DNA of 64,000 bases from Leptolyngbyaceae cyanobacterium. Lineage in GTDB: Bacteria; Cyanobacteriota; Cyanobacteriia; Phormidesmidales; Phormidesmidaceae. Shown here one piece after another: positions 63,275 to 64,000 of this stretch; the stretch's first letter is position 1; each line of letters begins with the position of its first letter. The stretch lies in assembly GCA_965263355.1 (NCBI GenBank), contig CBDHHL010000056.1:2112001-2176000 (forward strand), read 5' to 3'. The notes under the pieces were generated by a model, which searched no databases, had not been told where the DNA came from, and saw only the letters and a list, made by a program, of their open reading frames with translations. The translations under genes and the position numbers were made by a program.

Positions 63275-63835
63275 TCAATTATTTACAATGCCAATATTAT
63301 TAGATATAAGTTGCTCTTTGCTAACTGAAAAAGACTCATCACAGGTATTTTCTAACTCCCTTGGCACAGGTCGAAAAAGAGATAAAACGCCCGTTTGACA
63401 ACCTAAATCTTGTACTCGTTCAATGACTGGGACAAATTCTTGATCGGTCGTTACTAATAATGCATAGTCATAGTTTTTCATTGATGCATGATAAACCATG
63501 TCTGAAACAAGATGAACGTCTACCCCTTTTTCACTATAGTTGCCATCTCCAGTTGGAATCGCATACCCCAAGACAATTTTGGAAGTTTGCAATATGTCCT
63601 GACCATGCTCATTTTCAAACCAGGCTAAATGGGGTTCACAGGTATAGAAAAATGTTCTGATTAATTGGCGGCTTTCAAGAAACATTTCACCAATCCAATG
63701 AATCGGTTTAATAATCTTAATTGCGGCTCCATTAATACAATATCGAAAATTTGATCCATCGATAAATACCATCGCTCTTTGCACTTGTAGCGCAGGCGAT
63801 CTCAGTTTTATGTTGCCATCATAGGCTCGATACAT
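63275..63835 (-). CDS. NYN (LabA/DUF88) domain protein
   Basis: VFIDGSN, EKGVDV, LVTTDQEF and LENTCDE. Confidence 0.88.
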   Translation of the reverse strand: MYRAYDGNIKLRSPALQVQRAMVFIDGSNFRYCINGAAIKIIKPIHWIGEMFLESRQLIRTFFYTCEPHLAWFENEHGQDILQTSKIVLGYAIPTGDGNYSEKGVDVHLVSDMVYHASMKNYDYALLVTTDQEFVPVIERVQDLGCQTGVLSLFRPVPRELENTCDESFSVSKEQLISNNIGIVNN

Positions 63836-64000
63836 AAATATGAGTCCTAATAGTTATAGTTAGGCATTAAGGATTAAATACCTTGTGCCACTCATAAACA
63901 AAATTAATAACTTCCTGATGTCGATTAATTAGACCATCATCAAGTATCTAATCGATGACGGCCTTACCTAATAAAATTACTCACCACGGCAGCGCAGGCG

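Overview
Chromosomal window from a cyanobacterium: psbA, psaK, nblA, a CcaA-type carbonic anhydrase and many HIP1 GCGATCGC sites are present. A vanadium haloperoxidase and a cation-chloride cotransporter suggest a marine filamentous strain (inference). Most of the window is housekeeping: ftsQ-ftsZ-thiD, SRP RNA, comM/yifB, rnhA, sds, an M16 peptidase pair, rpmG-rpsR-rnb, glmM, lptA-lptB-lptF/G and rpe. The most striking unexplained structure is a ~1 kb non-coding locus (29197-30207) holding five related ~60-85 nt units on the minus strand. Each has a conserved 5' core (ACAAGCGTTTAACTGTTGCCC) and a hairpin with a T-tract. Four of the five also have a TATGGAC motif exactly 60 nt upstream of the inferred start, so the locus looks like a tandem array of independently promoted small-RNA genes. 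Other notable items: a vanadium haloperoxidase gene broken by one in-frame TAG, an internally deleted small GTPase gene between roadblock and DUF4388 genes, two 107-bp MITE-like elements, a second dispersed repeat, REP-like palindromes, a DnaA-box cluster away from dnaA, an orphan structured RNA candidate and an Asp/Gly repeat-rich surface protein. All family assignments come from motif recognition by eye, not database searches.
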